A DNA stretch of 64,000 bases from Bacteroidales bacterium (GCA_038204725.1 JBBRCQ010000005.1:17030-81029), one strand, 5' to 3'; shown: positions 28,987 to 38,883, numbered from the stretch's first letter. A program made the numbers and translations. Notes: a model not told the origin generated them from the sequence alone.

Positions 28987-29597
28987 AAAAATCAATGTTG
29001 ATAGGTGTTATCGCCTTATTTATTACAAATTTCAGTTTTGCACAAAACTACAAGGAAATTCAGGATGCTTTTAATATGAGCTATCAACATGAAACTAAGG
29101 CTGAATATCCTAAAGCTATTGATGTTTTGAAAACAGTTTATTTCGAGAAATCTTACGAAATCAATTTACGTTTGGGCTGGTTAACTTATATGTCTGGCTT
29201 ATTTACCGAATCAACAGCTTATTATCAAAAAGCGATGAAACTAATGCCATTATCCATCGAAGCTAAGCTGGGTTATATAAATCCTGCTGCTGCATTGGGA
29301 AATTGGGAACAGGTAAAAACACAATATATCGATATTTTAAAAATTGATCCTAAGCATTACACTGCTAATTACAGAATGGGTTTAATACTATACGGAAAGA
29401 AAAACTATATGGGAGCCATTAAATATTTTGAAACTATAACCAACCTCTACCCTTTCGATTATGATGCATTGATTATGTATGCATGGTGCAATTATTTTTT
29501 ACAAAAAACCCGCGAAGCCAAGGTTTTGTTCAACAAAGCTTTGATGAACCGTCCCAATGATGTTTCTGCTTTGGAAGGATTGGTGCTTATAAAATAG
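28974..29597 (+). CDS. secreted TPR-repeat protein
   Basis: Signal peptide plus several TPR-like repeats (AYYQKAMKL, ANYRMGLILYGKKNYMGAIKYFE). Overlaps the upstream gene by 13 nt. Confidence 0.7.
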   Translation: METLKKSMLIGVIALFITNFSFAQNYKEIQDAFNMSYQHETKAEYPKAIDVLKTVYFEKSYEINLRLGWLTYMSGLFTESTAYYQKAMKLMPLSIEAKLGYINPAAALGNWEQVKTQYIDILKIDPKHYTANYRMGLILYGKKNYMGAIKYFETITNLYPFDYDALIMYAWCNYFLQKTREAKVLFNKALMNRPNDVSALEGLVLIK

Positions 29598-29699
29598 TTA
29601 TTTGTTACAGCGTTTATGCTTAGGCCCAAAAGTAATTTAGGAATTTGGTGAATTGGCAATTTGTTGATTCAAAACATTCGAATACCTTTACAAACTGTT

Positions 29700-30218
29700 T
29701 TAATATACAATTTTATTTTCCATTTTTATCCAATTCTTAAATACCTCTAAAGCATCATCTTGCATCATTTGTAAAGCAGGAATTCTTCTTTCAAGCAATG
29801 GGATACTGATTTCTTTATAAATAAAAGAATCATCGAAACCGGTATTTGCTGCATCTGTTTTGGTGCAGGCATAATATATTTTTTTTGTACGTGCCCAATA
29901 AATTGCACCTAAACACATCGGGCAAGGTTCACAACTCGTATAAATCTCACAGTCATCTAATTGGAATGTATTCAGATTTTCACAGGCATTGCGTATAGCA
30001 TTTATTTCGGCATGAGCAGTGGGGTCATTGGAAGAAGTTACACTATTACTGCCACGCCCCACAATTCTTCCATCTTTCACAACCACAGCTCCAAACGGAC
30101 CTCCATTACCTGTTTCTAAATTTTCAGCTGCCAACCGAATAGCTTCTGCCATAAATATATTTTTGTTTTGAATCATATTACTTGTTATATTTGTAGAAGT
30201 TTTTGTAAAATTACTCAT
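29700..30218 (-). CDS. guaD: guanine deaminase (CDA-fold, GuaD-like)
   Basis: DPTAHAEINAIR and CEPCPMCLGAIYWAR zinc motifs, plus the GFDDSFIYKEI tail typical of Bacillus GuaD. The true start may be an internal ATG (30176 or 30152). Confidence 0.85.
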   Translation of the reverse strand: MSNFTKTSTNITSNMIQNKNIFMAEAIRLAAENLETGNGGPFGAVVVKDGRIVGRGSNSVTSSNDPTAHAEINAIRNACENLNTFQLDDCEIYTSCEPCPMCLGAIYWARTKKIYYACTKTDAANTGFDDSFIYKEISIPLLERRIPALQMMQDDALEVFKNWIKMENKIVY

Positions 30219-30235
30219 TTATTTTTACCAAAAAT

Positions 30236-30688
30236 ATGAATAAAACTGAAATAAAGAAAAAACTTTTTGATGCTTGTCTTGATCGTCAAAATATGGTGAT
30301 TGAAAATCTGAAAGAATTGATGAAAGAATCACAACAAAGTGCAAACGATTACGGAATGCCAAAAGATCGGTACGATTCTTTTCGCATGCAATTGTTGCAC
30401 AAAAGGGATATGTATGGACAACAACTCGATAAAGCTTTGGAAGAATTATCCATTCTTAAAAAGATTGATGTTTCTATTGAAAATAAAGAGGTAAGCTTCG
30501 GTGCCTTTGTAATTACTGATGCACAAAAATTATTTATCTCAATTAGTTTAGGTAAAATTGAGATGGATGGTGAGATATTTTATGCTGTTTCTGTTAAAGT
30601 TCCTTTTTATGAAGTAATTAGAGGGAAAAAGAAAGGTAATATTATTGATTTCAGAGGTAAACAATATAAGGTGATTGAAGTCTTTTAA
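30236..30688 (+). CDS. hypothetical protein (coiled-coil N-terminus, beta-rich C-terminus)
   Basis: 150-aa ORF with no competing frame. No motif I can name with confidence. Confidence 0.55.
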   Translation: MNKTEIKKKLFDACLDRQNMVIENLKELMKESQQSANDYGMPKDRYDSFRMQLLHKRDMYGQQLDKALEELSILKKIDVSIENKEVSFGAFVITDAQKLFISISLGKIEMDGEIFYAVSVKVPFYEVIRGKKKGNIIDFRGKQYKVIEVF

Positions 30689-30789
30689 CTTTCAGACCTT
30701 TGAGGAAAGTGTTATATATTATTGATAAAGTGGTTAGAGTATTGAAAAATATTATTTACCTGTTTTTCAATAAGATTAATAAATGAAAA

Positions 30790-31662
30790 ATGAATGTAAC
30801 AATTGATAAATATTCTGGTTTTTGTTTTGGAGTTATCCATGCAATTGAAGTAGCAGAACGAAAATTAAATGAACATGGTCAGTTATACTGCCTGGGTGAC
30901 ATTGTCCACAATGGCATGGAAGTAAAACGTCTTGTTGATAAAGGTTTACAAATTATTACGCATGAAGAATACAGGCAATTGAAAAATTGCAATGTATTAA
31001 TCAGGGCACATGGTGAACCACCCGAAACATACAGTATTGCTATCAAGAACAACATTTCTCTGATAGATGCCTCCTGCCCTATTGTATTGAAATTACAAAG
31101 CAAAATTAAAAAGGGTTATGAAGAAATGTTACAAAAAAATGGTCAAATCGTAATTTATGGTAAACTTGGACATGCTGAAGTAAATGGTTTGGTCGGACAA
31201 ACAGAAAATACTGCAATAGTTGTTGACAATGATGAAGATATTGAAAAAATTGATTTTTCCCGACCTCTTCGATTGTATTCACAAACTACCAAAAGTATTG
31301 ATGGCCTGGCAAGAATTATCGAAAAAATAAATACAAGAATAAAAGAAATTAACAACGGTAAAGAAATTGATTTTGTGTCTAATGATACTGTTTGTAGACA
31401 AGTTTCCAACCGCTCAACCCAATTAAAAGAGTTTTCTGATAACTTTGAAGTGATTATCTTTGTAAGCGGAAAAAAGAGTTCAAATGGTATGTTTCTTTAT
31501 GACTTATGTAAATCGGTAAATCCTCGTACTTATATGGTTGCTGAACCTGCTGAAATTAAAAATGAATGGTTTAATGGTGTAATGAATGTTGGCATTTGTG
31601 GTGCTACTTCTACACCCATGTGGTTAATGGAAGAAATTGCAGGAATCATCAAAGAATATTAA
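30790..31662 (+). CDS. ispH: 4-hydroxy-3-methylbut-2-enyl diphosphate reductase
   Basis: GFCFGV N-terminal Cys motif, IRAHGEPP, SCPIV, and a conserved third Cys (DTVCRQV). Confidence 0.9.
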   Translation: MNVTIDKYSGFCFGVIHAIEVAERKLNEHGQLYCLGDIVHNGMEVKRLVDKGLQIITHEEYRQLKNCNVLIRAHGEPPETYSIAIKNNISLIDASCPIVLKLQSKIKKGYEEMLQKNGQIVIYGKLGHAEVNGLVGQTENTAIVVDNDEDIEKIDFSRPLRLYSQTTKSIDGLARIIEKINTRIKEINNGKEIDFVSNDTVCRQVSNRSTQLKEFSDNFEVIIFVSGKKSSNGMFLYDLCKSVNPRTYMVAEPAEIKNEWFNGVMNVGICGATSTPMWLMEEIAGIIKEY

Positions 31663-31665
31663 AAT

Positions 31666-32784
31666 ATGTATCTTAAAAGTTTGACAATAAGTAATTTTAA
31701 AAACTATACTGAAGCCAACCTTCAGTTTTCGGAGAGAATAAATTGTTTTGTAGGTGATAATGGCGAAGGAAAAACGAATTTGTTGGATGCTATCTACTAT
31801 CTTTCATTTTGTAAAAGTTATTTTAATCTGATAGATATGCAAAATATCAATCACAATGAAGATTTTTTCGCAATACACGGACAGTATTCACGTAAAGATG
31901 AGCAATTGGATATGATTAGTTGTATTCAAAAACGGAGTCAACGCAAAGTATTTAAAATCAACAAAAAAGAATATGAACGTTTAGCCGATCACATAGGACT
32001 GTTTCCATTGGTGATGATATCTCCTTACGATCGCGATTTAATAAATGAAGGTAGCGAAGTTCGCCGGAAATATATTGACAGTGTAATTTCTCAATTTGAC
32101 CGTATATATCTTGACGATTTGATGAATTATAACAAGGCTTTGCAACAACGCAATTCCTTACTCAAACAATTTGCAGAAAATAATCGTTTTGATCCGGCTT
32201 CATTAGAATTATGGAACTTTCATTTGCAAAAACATGGCGAAAATATCTATCAAAAACGCAAAGTTTTTCTTGAAGAATTTATGCCTATATTTCAACATTA
32301 TTTTGCTTTTATATCAGGAGAAAGAGAAAAAGTTGACATCATTTATCAATCGCAATTAAATGATAATGATATGGAAGGATTGTTCAAGGATAATATCCAG
32401 CGCGATCGGGCCTTACAATACACTTCTGTGGGCATACATAAGGATGATCTGGATTTTATGATGGATGGGTTCCCTGTCAAAAAATTTGGTTCACAAGGAC
32501 AACAGAAATCATTCTTTATTGCTTTAAAGTTGGCTCAATTTGAATATACCAAGAAAATTAAAGGATTTAAACCTGTTTTGTTGTTCGATGATATTTTTGA
32601 TAAACTCGATACTACCAGAGTGGAACAACTAATAAAATTAGTTGCTGATCATAACTTTAAACAAGTTTTTATTACAGATACTCAAACCGAACGTATTGTA
32701 CATGTATTTGAAAATATGAACATTCCGCATAAAATATTTAATATAGAAAAAGGTATCGTTACAGAAATGGAAGAAAATGTTTAA
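31666..32784 (+). CDS. recF: DNA replication/repair protein RecF
   Basis: MYLKSLTISNFKNY, the GDNGEGKTNLLDAI P-loop, and the signature SQGQQKS plus LLFDDIFDKLD. Confidence 0.9.
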   Translation: MYLKSLTISNFKNYTEANLQFSERINCFVGDNGEGKTNLLDAIYYLSFCKSYFNLIDMQNINHNEDFFAIHGQYSRKDEQLDMISCIQKRSQRKVFKINKKEYERLADHIGLFPLVMISPYDRDLINEGSEVRRKYIDSVISQFDRIYLDDLMNYNKALQQRNSLLKQFAENNRFDPASLELWNFHLQKHGENIYQKRKVFLEEFMPIFQHYFAFISGEREKVDIIYQSQLNDNDMEGLFKDNIQRDRALQYTSVGIHKDDLDFMMDGFPVKKFGSQGQQKSFFIALKLAQFEYTKKIKGFKPVLLFDDIFDKLDTTRVEQLIKLVADHNFKQVFITDTQTERIVHVFENMNIPHKIFNIEKGIVTEMEENV

Positions 32785-33070
32785 AAAGAGCAACGAATTT
32801 ACCTTAAAAGAGGCCATAGAGCAACTATTGAATGCTTATAAAATGAATGGTAAAATTAATGAGACGCGTATCATACAAGCATGGGAACAGGTATGTGGTG
32901 CTATGATATCAAGACATACAGAAGATATGTATGTTAAAAACCGTATATTATATGTAAAAGTTGATTCTGCTGCATTACGTAACGAACTCAGCTTTGCGAA
33001 AACAAAATTAGTAAAAGCACTCAATCATGCTGTAAAAGAAGAAGTTATAAATGAAATTGTTTTTTTATAA
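32777..33070 (+). CDS. DUF721-family protein (recF-associated)
   Basis: 97 aa, overlaps the recF stop by 8 nt, and occupies the conserved position after recF. Contains a W..VCG motif. Confidence 0.7.
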   Translation: MFKKSNEFTLKEAIEQLLNAYKMNGKINETRIIQAWEQVCGAMISRHTEDMYVKNRILYVKVDSAALRNELSFAKTKLVKALNHAVKEEVINEIVFL

Positions 33071-33389
33071 ATGGAAATCTGTAAGTTGCTTTTCCTGATT
33101 AATAGCTACGTTTACAAGTTATGGATGTCCATTAGAGTATTTAGATGTTTCCATTAAGGCAATATCCACAATTGCATAAATATTCTCACTCCCCAAAAAC
33201 TTTGTTGATTCTATAATCGTTCATTCGTTAAGCGGTTGTATAACATTTGTCTGGCATGCCTTGAATAGTTTTGGCAATAATTCCTGCAACCCATATCACT
33301 GTTTTAGAACAGAACTTGTTTATTGCTTAATTCCAGAATATTACCATTTTAATAATAGATCTGCATACATATTAATAAATCTCAGTGAT

Positions 33390-33572
33390 TTATATTCCAA
33401 AATGTTTAAATGCTTCATATACAAGAAAAGCCGGCCAAACAATTGCTTTTAGAAACCCAATTGCACCCATCCAAAATCCTGTTGCATGAGAAATAAAATA
33501 AATTACTGCTCCTATAAAACCTAAACCATATACAACACCTGAAGATGCAGTATTGTGAATATCGTTTTTCAT
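33390..33572 (-). CDS. small two-TM membrane protein
   Basis: 60 aa with two clear hydrophobic helices (GVVYGLGFIGAVIYFI, MGAIGFLKAIVWPAFLV). Confidence 0.5.
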   Translation of the reverse strand: MKNDIHNTASSGVVYGLGFIGAVIYFISHATGFWMGAIGFLKAIVWPAFLVYEAFKHFGI

Positions 33573-34273
33573 TTGAATACTTTTTAATTGATTAATTAGA
33601 TTTTAAGCAAATATAAAGAATAATTTATAGATAACTTCATTTCTTAAATCAAAATTCTACGCATTCTTTCAATTTGATATATATTTAGTTGATTATATTC
33701 AACTGTACAAGACGTATAAAATTGAAATGCTATCCATATTTAAACCTAATTAATTGATTTTAAATATATTTTTGCTTATTTACCTTTAATTTAAAGATAA
33801 TACTATTTTTAAGAAATAATTAAAATAGTAAAACCGGATGTTTTTATTTAAAAAAGGTTTTTCATTCATATAGGGGATAGGATTTATTTTTTATTAAAAT
33901 ATTGATACATCAATAATGATACAAATTTTTATTTTTAAGATAAATTATCAATATACATTTGTGAATTATCATCATAATGTTACAAATGTATACCAGTAAA
34001 GATACATAAATATTGTTTATGTTTGTAAATTACATTTGTAATTTGTAAATATTTTTGTAATTTTATTAAAATTGTATATATTTGTATAAAATATATTTAT
34101 ATCTATATAATAACCAGTAATTTACAAATTCTATATAAACTATAGGTTTCAATAAATTCACAATTATAGTTGATATGTAAACAGCTATTACATTTTACTT
34201 AAAACTCATTAAATCAATATTTTATATATATTTATATGATTATTTACTTCACAATTGTACTATTTTAATTTAA

Positions 34274-34329
34274 TTACATTTGTAACATTGAAATAATTAC
34301 ACTTGTAATCGTATTTTTGTTTATCTTTG
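34274..34329 (+). promoter_or_regulatory. paired 12-bp palindromic operator-like sites plus -7-like promoter boxes upstream of the HTH gene
   Basis: TTACATTTGTAA (34274-34285) and TTACACTTGTAA (34297-34308) are 23 bp apart. TAnnTTTG matches are TATTTTTG 34312-34319 and TATCTTTG 34322-34329. ATG at 34366. Confidence 0.45.
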
Positions 34330-34365
34330 TAATCTAAAAAATCATTTCAATTAATATTGTAAACT

Positions 34366-34932
34366 ATGATAAGCCGTATTTTATTAATATTGAAAACACA
34401 AAATTTAAGTTCATCTCAATTTGCAGATGAAATAGGTGTTCAACGTTCAAGTATTTCGCATATACTATCAGGGAGAAATAATCCTAGTTTAGAATTTGTA
34501 ACTAAAATATTAAAACGATATCCTGAAATTAATTCAGATTGGATTATTTTTGGAAAAGGAAGTATGTACAAAGGGAGTGATTCAAATACTGATTTACAAA
34601 CGAAGGAAATAAAGAAAAATATTCTCCAGCCGGACTTATTTAATTTTGATGTACCCGAACAAGACGTCATACAGCCAGTAGAAACTGATGAATCGGACAA
34701 AGAATATAAATATGACAACCTAAGTGAGGTAAAAAGCGATCAAAAAGAAACTATAACTCCTGATATTCAATTTGATACAAAAGAAATAAAAGAAGAAAAA
34801 ACTGAACAAAAATTTGAAAGGAAAATTGAAACAGAAGAAAAAACGATGGAAATTAATTTAACTTCAAAAACGATGGAAAGAATTGTAATTTTTTATAACG
34901 ACAAAACATTTAAAGAGTATTTACCGGAATAA
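34366..34932 (+). CDS. XRE-type helix-turn-helix DNA-binding protein with an acidic low-complexity tail
   Basis: HTH segment LSSSQFADEIGVQRSSISHILSGRNNPSLEFVTKIL. The C-terminal half is rich in E and K. Confidence 0.8.
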   Translation: MISRILLILKTQNLSSSQFADEIGVQRSSISHILSGRNNPSLEFVTKILKRYPEINSDWIIFGKGSMYKGSDSNTDLQTKEIKKNILQPDLFNFDVPEQDVIQPVETDESDKEYKYDNLSEVKSDQKETITPDIQFDTKEIKEEKTEQKFERKIETEEKTMEINLTSKTMERIVIFYNDKTFKEYLPE

Positions 34933-35028
34933 ATTTGAAAGTTGTTACAAAAAGTGAGTTAAAGGATAACTAAAAAAAATTAAAGCACGAGAATCTTATT
35001 AATCTAAAAGTTTTTGTATTTTTGCTTT

Positions 35029-35406
35029 ATGTTAAAAATGTTGTTTATAGTTGGATCCGGCGGTTTTTTGGGGAGTATTGTAAGGTATTTATCTCAGGTT
35101 ATGATTTATAAGTATTTTCCTACTTCCTTCCCTTACGGAACCTTTTCTATAAATGTTTCCGGAAGTTTTTTAATAGGAATCATTTTTGCATTGGGCGAAA
35201 AAGGAAACATTTTAAGTCCTGAAGTCAGAATGTTTTTAGCCACAGGATTTTGTGGAGGGTTTACTACTTTTTCAACATTCTCCTACGAGATATTACAACA
35301 ACTCAGAGATGGAGAAATCTTGATGGCTTCACTATACATTATTTCAAGCATAGTTTTCGGATTATTAGCTGCATATGCAGGTTTTTATCTTATTAAATCT
35401 TTATAA
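35029..35406 (+). CDS. crcB: fluoride ion channel CrcB/FluC
   Basis: GSGGFLGSIVRY and GFCGGFTTFSTF motifs. The listed ORF starts at TTG 35014. ATG 35029 or 35038 is more likely, because a TATTTTTG box sits at 35017-35024. Confidence 0.9.
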   Translation: MLKMLFIVGSGGFLGSIVRYLSQVMIYKYFPTSFPYGTFSINVSGSFLIGIIFALGEKGNILSPEVRMFLATGFCGGFTTFSTFSYEILQQLRDGEILMASLYIISSIVFGLLAAYAGFYLIKSL

Positions 35407-35407
35407 A

Positions 35408-35764
35408 ATGATGATGAAAATACAAGGAAACGCATTGTTATTAAGAATATTTACAGGATCTCTGGATAAAATAAATGGAACACCATTGTACGAAGTAATA
35501 GTATATGCAGCCAGAAAATACGGATTAGCAGGAGCAACAGTTATTAGAGGAGTTATGTCTTATGGAGCCAACAGTTATGTTCATACAGCCAAAATATTAG
35601 CCATTTCAGATGATATGCCTATCATTATCGAAATGATTGATGAAGCAGAGAAAATCAATGGGTTTATTAAAATAATTGAACCTTACTTTGAAAACTCAAA
35701 ATATGGGGGTTTAATTACAAAGCAAAATGTTGAAGTGTTGCATTATAAATCCGGGAAAAAGTAA
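35408..35764 (+). CDS. DUF190 (PII-like) protein, a common partner of crcB
   Basis: LLRIFTGSLDKINGTPLYEVIVYAARKYGLAGATVIRG. ATG 35408 lies 1 nt after the crcB stop. Confidence 0.8.
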   Translation: MMMKIQGNALLLRIFTGSLDKINGTPLYEVIVYAARKYGLAGATVIRGVMSYGANSYVHTAKILAISDDMPIIIEMIDEAEKINGFIKIIEPYFENSKYGGLITKQNVEVLHYKSGKK

Positions 35765-35812
35765 GAAATCTGCTATTTACAATATAAGCTCGTTTTTAAT
35801 GATACTTACTAT

Positions 35813-36343
35813 TTAAATTTTAAAGAACTCTATTTGCCCGAAAACAACGCTGCTTTTAATTGTCAAACATGGTAAACCTGCATTAAAACCGGGTGCAGTA
35901 TAAACCTGAGAACCAAATCCATCAGTGCTTCTATCACTCATAGAAGTTTTTCCAAAAACAGTATTGGACACAATTTTGTAATTTAGCTTTTCTGATAACT
36001 TAATTTTAAAATCTCCAAAAATACAATTGATTTCAATAGTTTTATCTTCGGTGATTTCAACAGTACTTAAATCTAATTTTGATTCTCCGAAAATATTGGA
36101 ATAATCATTCAACCCATCGCTGTAAGCCAAAATATGACTACCAAAAACGTTTAGATTTTCCATCTTCCGTGAATGAACATTGCCATTTATCAACCTGATT
36201 CCTAAATATATAAGCAAAAGTGAAATGAGTATAGTAAATAACGGAATATCTATTTCTAAAAATTCCTCAGCTAAAAACAAACCTCCCATTAGAATCAGCA
36301 AAATACCCCAAAAATTTGGGTTTAATATAACTTTAGTTTTCAT
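35813..36343 (-). CDS. membrane protein with a LiaF/DUF2154-like C-terminal domain
   Basis: Two N-terminal TM helices, then a beta-rich repeat region (FGDFKIKL, VFGQIEF). Confidence 0.55.
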   Translation of the reverse strand: MKTKVILNPNFWGILLILMGGLFLAEEFLEIDIPLFTILISLLLIYLGIRLINGNVHSRKMENLNVFGSHILAYSDGLNDYSNIFGESKLDLSTVEITEDKTIEINCIFGDFKIKLSEKLNYKIVSNTVFGKTSMSDRSTDGFGSQVYTAPGFNAGLPCLTIKSSVVFGQIEFFKI

Positions 36344-36433
36344 AATGATATATATTTATATGTTTAATAACCTTACTATTTAAATACTATTACTGATGAA
36401 TATCACATTAAACTACCTTTGTGCCCTATATTA

Positions 36434-37156
36434 TTATTTTATGCCTCTTTGTTTTTTAATTTGGTCATAAGCAGCATTTAATTGCTGGAATTTTTGTTTG
36501 GCTGCATTTTCAATTTCTGCACCTAATTGACTCACTTTATCAGGATGGTATTTCACTGCCATCTTGCGATAAGCCTTTTTTAATTCTTCATCTGTTGCAT
36601 CCGGTGTTATTTCCAATATCTTATAAGCACTTTCTGAGTCTTTAATAAACATTGCTTTAATGGAAGATATGTCATTCGTTTGAATATTCAGATAACGGGC
36701 AATGTATTCTACTACCGTAATTTCTTCTATATGAACGTGTCCATCTGCTGCAGCGATTCCAAAAAGGAAATGAATCAGTTGTAAACGAACCGAATATTCC
36801 ATATTTTGCTTGATCTGTGAACAAACTTCTCCAAGAGGAATTTCCTGTTTAAGAATCTCACGAAGAAGTAACATTTTCTCCTCGGTTTCAACACTGCCAA
36901 ACTGTTTGTAAAAGAACTGTTTAACAAAATCTAATTCAGATTTTAGTATTCTTTTATCAGCTTTCATTACAGCAGCAGTTAAAACTAACAAACTGGCAAC
37001 GAAATCACCTGATTGAGTGGGTTGTTGTTGTTGAAGCCCTGTAATTGTCACCCCATCCAGCATTGAACCAAATGCAAATCCTAAAAGTGCTCCAATGGGT
37101 CCACCAACAGCCCAACCCAACGTCCCTCCTATCCATTTTCCGTATTTTCCCATCAT
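36434..37156 (-). CDS. TerB-domain plus J-domain co-chaperone (DjlA-like)
   Basis: Gly-rich membrane N-terminus and a central TerB-like region. The C-terminal J domain reads YKILEITPDATDEELKKAYRKMAVKYHPDK. Confidence 0.8.
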   Translation of the reverse strand: MMGKYGKWIGGTLGWAVGGPIGALLGFAFGSMLDGVTITGLQQQQPTQSGDFVASLLVLTAAVMKADKRILKSELDFVKQFFYKQFGSVETEEKMLLLREILKQEIPLGEVCSQIKQNMEYSVRLQLIHFLFGIAAADGHVHIEEITVVEYIARYLNIQTNDISSIKAMFIKDSESAYKILEITPDATDEELKKAYRKMAVKYHPDKVSQLGAEIENAAKQKFQQLNAAYDQIKKQRGIK

Positions 37157-37278
37157 TCTTATTTATTATTCCAAGTCAAAAAGTAACTTAATGTAAAATA
37201 ATTTACTACAAATACTTCATTTACTTTTTTAAAGATATTTACTTAAACTTTTTTTTAAAATCAATCTGTTGATTCATC

Positions 37279-38625
37279 TTATAATTCTATTTCCTCTTCT
37301 GTAAATTTAACATTATAATTTTCAAGTTCTAAGAGAATTGGTTCATACAATTCTTTAATTACAGGAGTATGAACACCTGTAAGGTTAATTTTACCGGTAA
37401 GCAATAATTTGGCAGCAATAGCCAGAGGAGTACCCACGGTAATTGCCATAGCAGTATGCACATTGTCAATACCAATAACTATTAATGAAGATGTGATTCT
37501 GTATTTTTTACCTGATTTTTCGTATTCAAACTGATGTTGCATAACGATTAAATCTTTATCATCCTTACCCAACACCCACTTATCAACCAGAATTTTTTGT
37601 AAGATCTGAGCTGGCGTGGCATCTTTTAGTCCAACTTTAGTATTCCCGAACAATCCTAACCATTTCAAACGATACATGCTATCGGAATCTATACTAAGAT
37701 TAAATTTTGTAGCAATTTTTTCTTCAACACTTAATTTTTTATCAAAGTCGAGGAATAAATTTAAAAACTGACGATACGTTAAGTTTTCAGAATTTTCGAT
37801 GATATAGGTATCATCCGTCATTCCCAATTGAACAAATACATTCCACGCTTTACAATAGCCCGGACGACGCATGGTGCCTCTAAACATGGTAGGAATATCA
37901 GGAAGATTGTATGTTTCACGATATTTCAAAGAGTCACGGTTTGGATAGACTTCAAATTCGCCTAATCCTGGAACTGTTGTCGTTTCGAGCCTTTCAAACA
38001 ATTGATGATAAGGAAGATATTTATAATCACCATTTACAATATATTGAGATACACCTTGACCAGCAACCACCACATTACGTGGATTCCATGTAAATTTGTA
38101 ATTCCATGGATTATTATCAAATTCAGGTGCAATCAGACCTCCGGTTGATGATTTGAACGACAACATTTTTCCACCTTCTGCTTTAATTTTATCCACCACT
38201 TTCATTGCCGACATGTGATCAATCCCGGGATCGACACCTAATTCGTTCAACATGGCAATACCTGCCTTTTTAGCATCTTCATTCAACGCTTTCATTTCGG
38301 GAGAAACATAGGAAGCTGTAAGCATGTGTTTTTTTAATTTTACACAACTCTCAGCTACTATAGGATGAAAACGTGCTGGAAGCATAGAAATAACAATATC
38401 AGCATTTTTAATTTCTTCTTCTTTTTGAATTTCATTAAAAATGTCAAATTCAATGGCAATGCCATTTGGGTGATTATTAATTTTCTCCTTTGCAACATCC
38501 AGAGATACATCCCCTACTTTAATTTTCCAGTTATGTTCAACGGAATGGTCCAGTAAGTATTTTATTAAACTTGAAGTGGATAATCCAGCCCCTAAAATTA
38601 AAATGTTTTTCATATTTATTTTCAA
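37279..38625 (-). CDS. saccharopine dehydrogenase family protein (NADP-binding)
   Basis: Rossmann N-terminus KNILILGAGLSTSS and GVDPGIDHM motif, about 445 aa. Confidence 0.85.
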   Translation of the reverse strand: MKINMKNILILGAGLSTSSLIKYLLDHSVEHNWKIKVGDVSLDVAKEKINNHPNGIAIEFDIFNEIQKEEEIKNADIVISMLPARFHPIVAESCVKLKKHMLTASYVSPEMKALNEDAKKAGIAMLNELGVDPGIDHMSAMKVVDKIKAEGGKMLSFKSSTGGLIAPEFDNNPWNYKFTWNPRNVVVAGQGVSQYIVNGDYKYLPYHQLFERLETTTVPGLGEFEVYPNRDSLKYRETYNLPDIPTMFRGTMRRPGYCKAWNVFVQLGMTDDTYIIENSENLTYRQFLNLFLDFDKKLSVEEKIATKFNLSIDSDSMYRLKWLGLFGNTKVGLKDATPAQILQKILVDKWVLGKDDKDLIVMQHQFEYEKSGKKYRITSSLIVIGIDNVHTAMAITVGTPLAIAAKLLLTGKINLTGVHTPVIKELYEPILLELENYNVKFTEEEIEL

Positions 38626-38845
38626 TTAATTTACTGAAAGACGATTTATTATATTCTTGATTTTATTAATATCAGTTTCGACCATGCAAAAAAAACAATC
38701 TTGAAAATAAGCTGCAAAATAATCTCAATTTGAATTGATATTTTATTTATGGCTATTTCATCATGTTTGATTTAGCAATTATACTGCGAAATTATAATTA
38801 TTTTAAAAATAAAAGCTTTAATATTTAAAAAAATTTAACTTTAAC

Positions 38846-38883
38846 AAAAAAAAATCCCGTACGCATTGAAGTACGGAATTTTT
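38846..38883 (-). terminator. rho-independent terminator downstream of rlmB (bidirectional shape)
   Basis: CCGTAC (38857-38862) / GTACGG (38871-38876) stem. A9 lies on the plus strand (T9 on the minus) and T5 on the other side. Confidence 0.55.

Noticed and set aside
33261-33452. 63-aa plus-strand ORF in the recF-downstream spacer
   Set aside because: It overlaps the more plausible two-TM small protein on the other strand (33390..33572). The sequence is low-complexity with no recognisable features.
33573-34365. Chromosomal replication origin, given a long AT-rich tract near recF with dnaN in the same window
   Set aside because: I found no cluster of DnaA boxes (TTATCCACA). The nearest single near-match, ATATCCACA, is at 33162-33170, outside the tract. 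dnaA is not in the window. Gene-strand bias does not switch here.
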